In this document: one piece after another, positions 63,489-64,000 of the stretch
How positions within the stretch are numbered: position 1 is the stretch's first letter
Layout: every line of letters starts with the position of its first letter
NCBI GenBank assembly: GCA_043228905.1
Contig: JBHGNT010000014.1
Span: 5,518,001 to 5,582,000 of the forward strand
DNA length: 64,000 nucleotides
Direction: 5' to 3'
Source: Azolla caroliniana
Taxonomy: Eukaryota; Plantae; Polypodiophyta
The notes under the pieces: generated by a model
The model's database searches: none
Told to the model about the DNA's origin: nothing
What the model saw: only the letters and a program-made list of their open reading frames with translations
Program-made: the position numbers and the translations under genes

Positions 63489-64000
63489 AGGAGGTATACT
63501 TATTGGTGCAACGCCAAGTACAATATCTATATGATGTTCTATATTACGTTTAGGAGGTAACCCATCTAGTAGTTCACTCGGAAAAACATCACGAAAATCA
63601 TTTAAGATTTCATCAAGTTGTTGTTCAAAATATGTTAATTGAACCGAGACATTATCAATATTGTAAACGTGAATGTCCGGATCAAGTACACAATAAAATA
63701 GAGTAGAACAAGACAATTCAGATATTGATGGACACGAGGAAACAATCGAGAGGGATTGTTTTTTGACACATTGAATAAAATGAGTACAATCATTCAGTAC
63801 AAAAGTTATTGAATGATGAACCCAATCAATAAATAAAGAAGAGTTTTTATTATAAAACCAGGGATAACCCAGTATTACATCGGTGGTACAAAGATTCATT
63901 ACATGGAAGTCTACTTCCTCTATATAAGTATCAATAGAAATTCCTTATGAATGAATTGCCCCATTGATGTATTGTACTCTTCCATCAGCCAAGTGCATTG
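63489..64000 (-). mobile_element. Gypsy protease-RT junction fragment
   Basis: DVILGYPW...IDW...DVFPSEL.DGLPPKRNIEHHIDI..G..PI..PPY. Confidence 0.75.

Overview
Eukaryotic nuclear DNA, most likely from a land plant with flagellated sperm (fern-like; inferred from an axonemal dynein subunit gene, a plastid-type tRNA fragment and the TE content). Two host genes are convergent: an intronless organellar ribosomal protein L7/L12 gene (25476-26069, +) and a multi-exon WDR63/DNAI3 (IC140-like) dynein intermediate chain gene (about 28395-50196, -, possibly starting near 57.6 kb). Bases 1-25 kb and 58.5-64 kb are nested LTR-retrotransposon piles. The introns hold a very young intact Copia element (40415-45697), two hAT MITEs with perfect 8-bp TSDs, LINE remnants, a dispersed ~115-bp repeat and a degenerate plastid-type trnR-ACG. 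The most unusual item is a Gypsy family ('family A', three internal copies plus a solo LTR). It shows Gag-protease fusion followed by a putative -1 ribosomal frameshift cassette (slippery site, 6-nt spacer, covarying stem or pseudoknot) into RT-RH-INT. It also has a D-H-G protease motif, a tRNA-Trp PBS, a 4-bp TSD and a structurally conserved hairpin just before the 3' LTR. All calls are by eye; no database searches were run.
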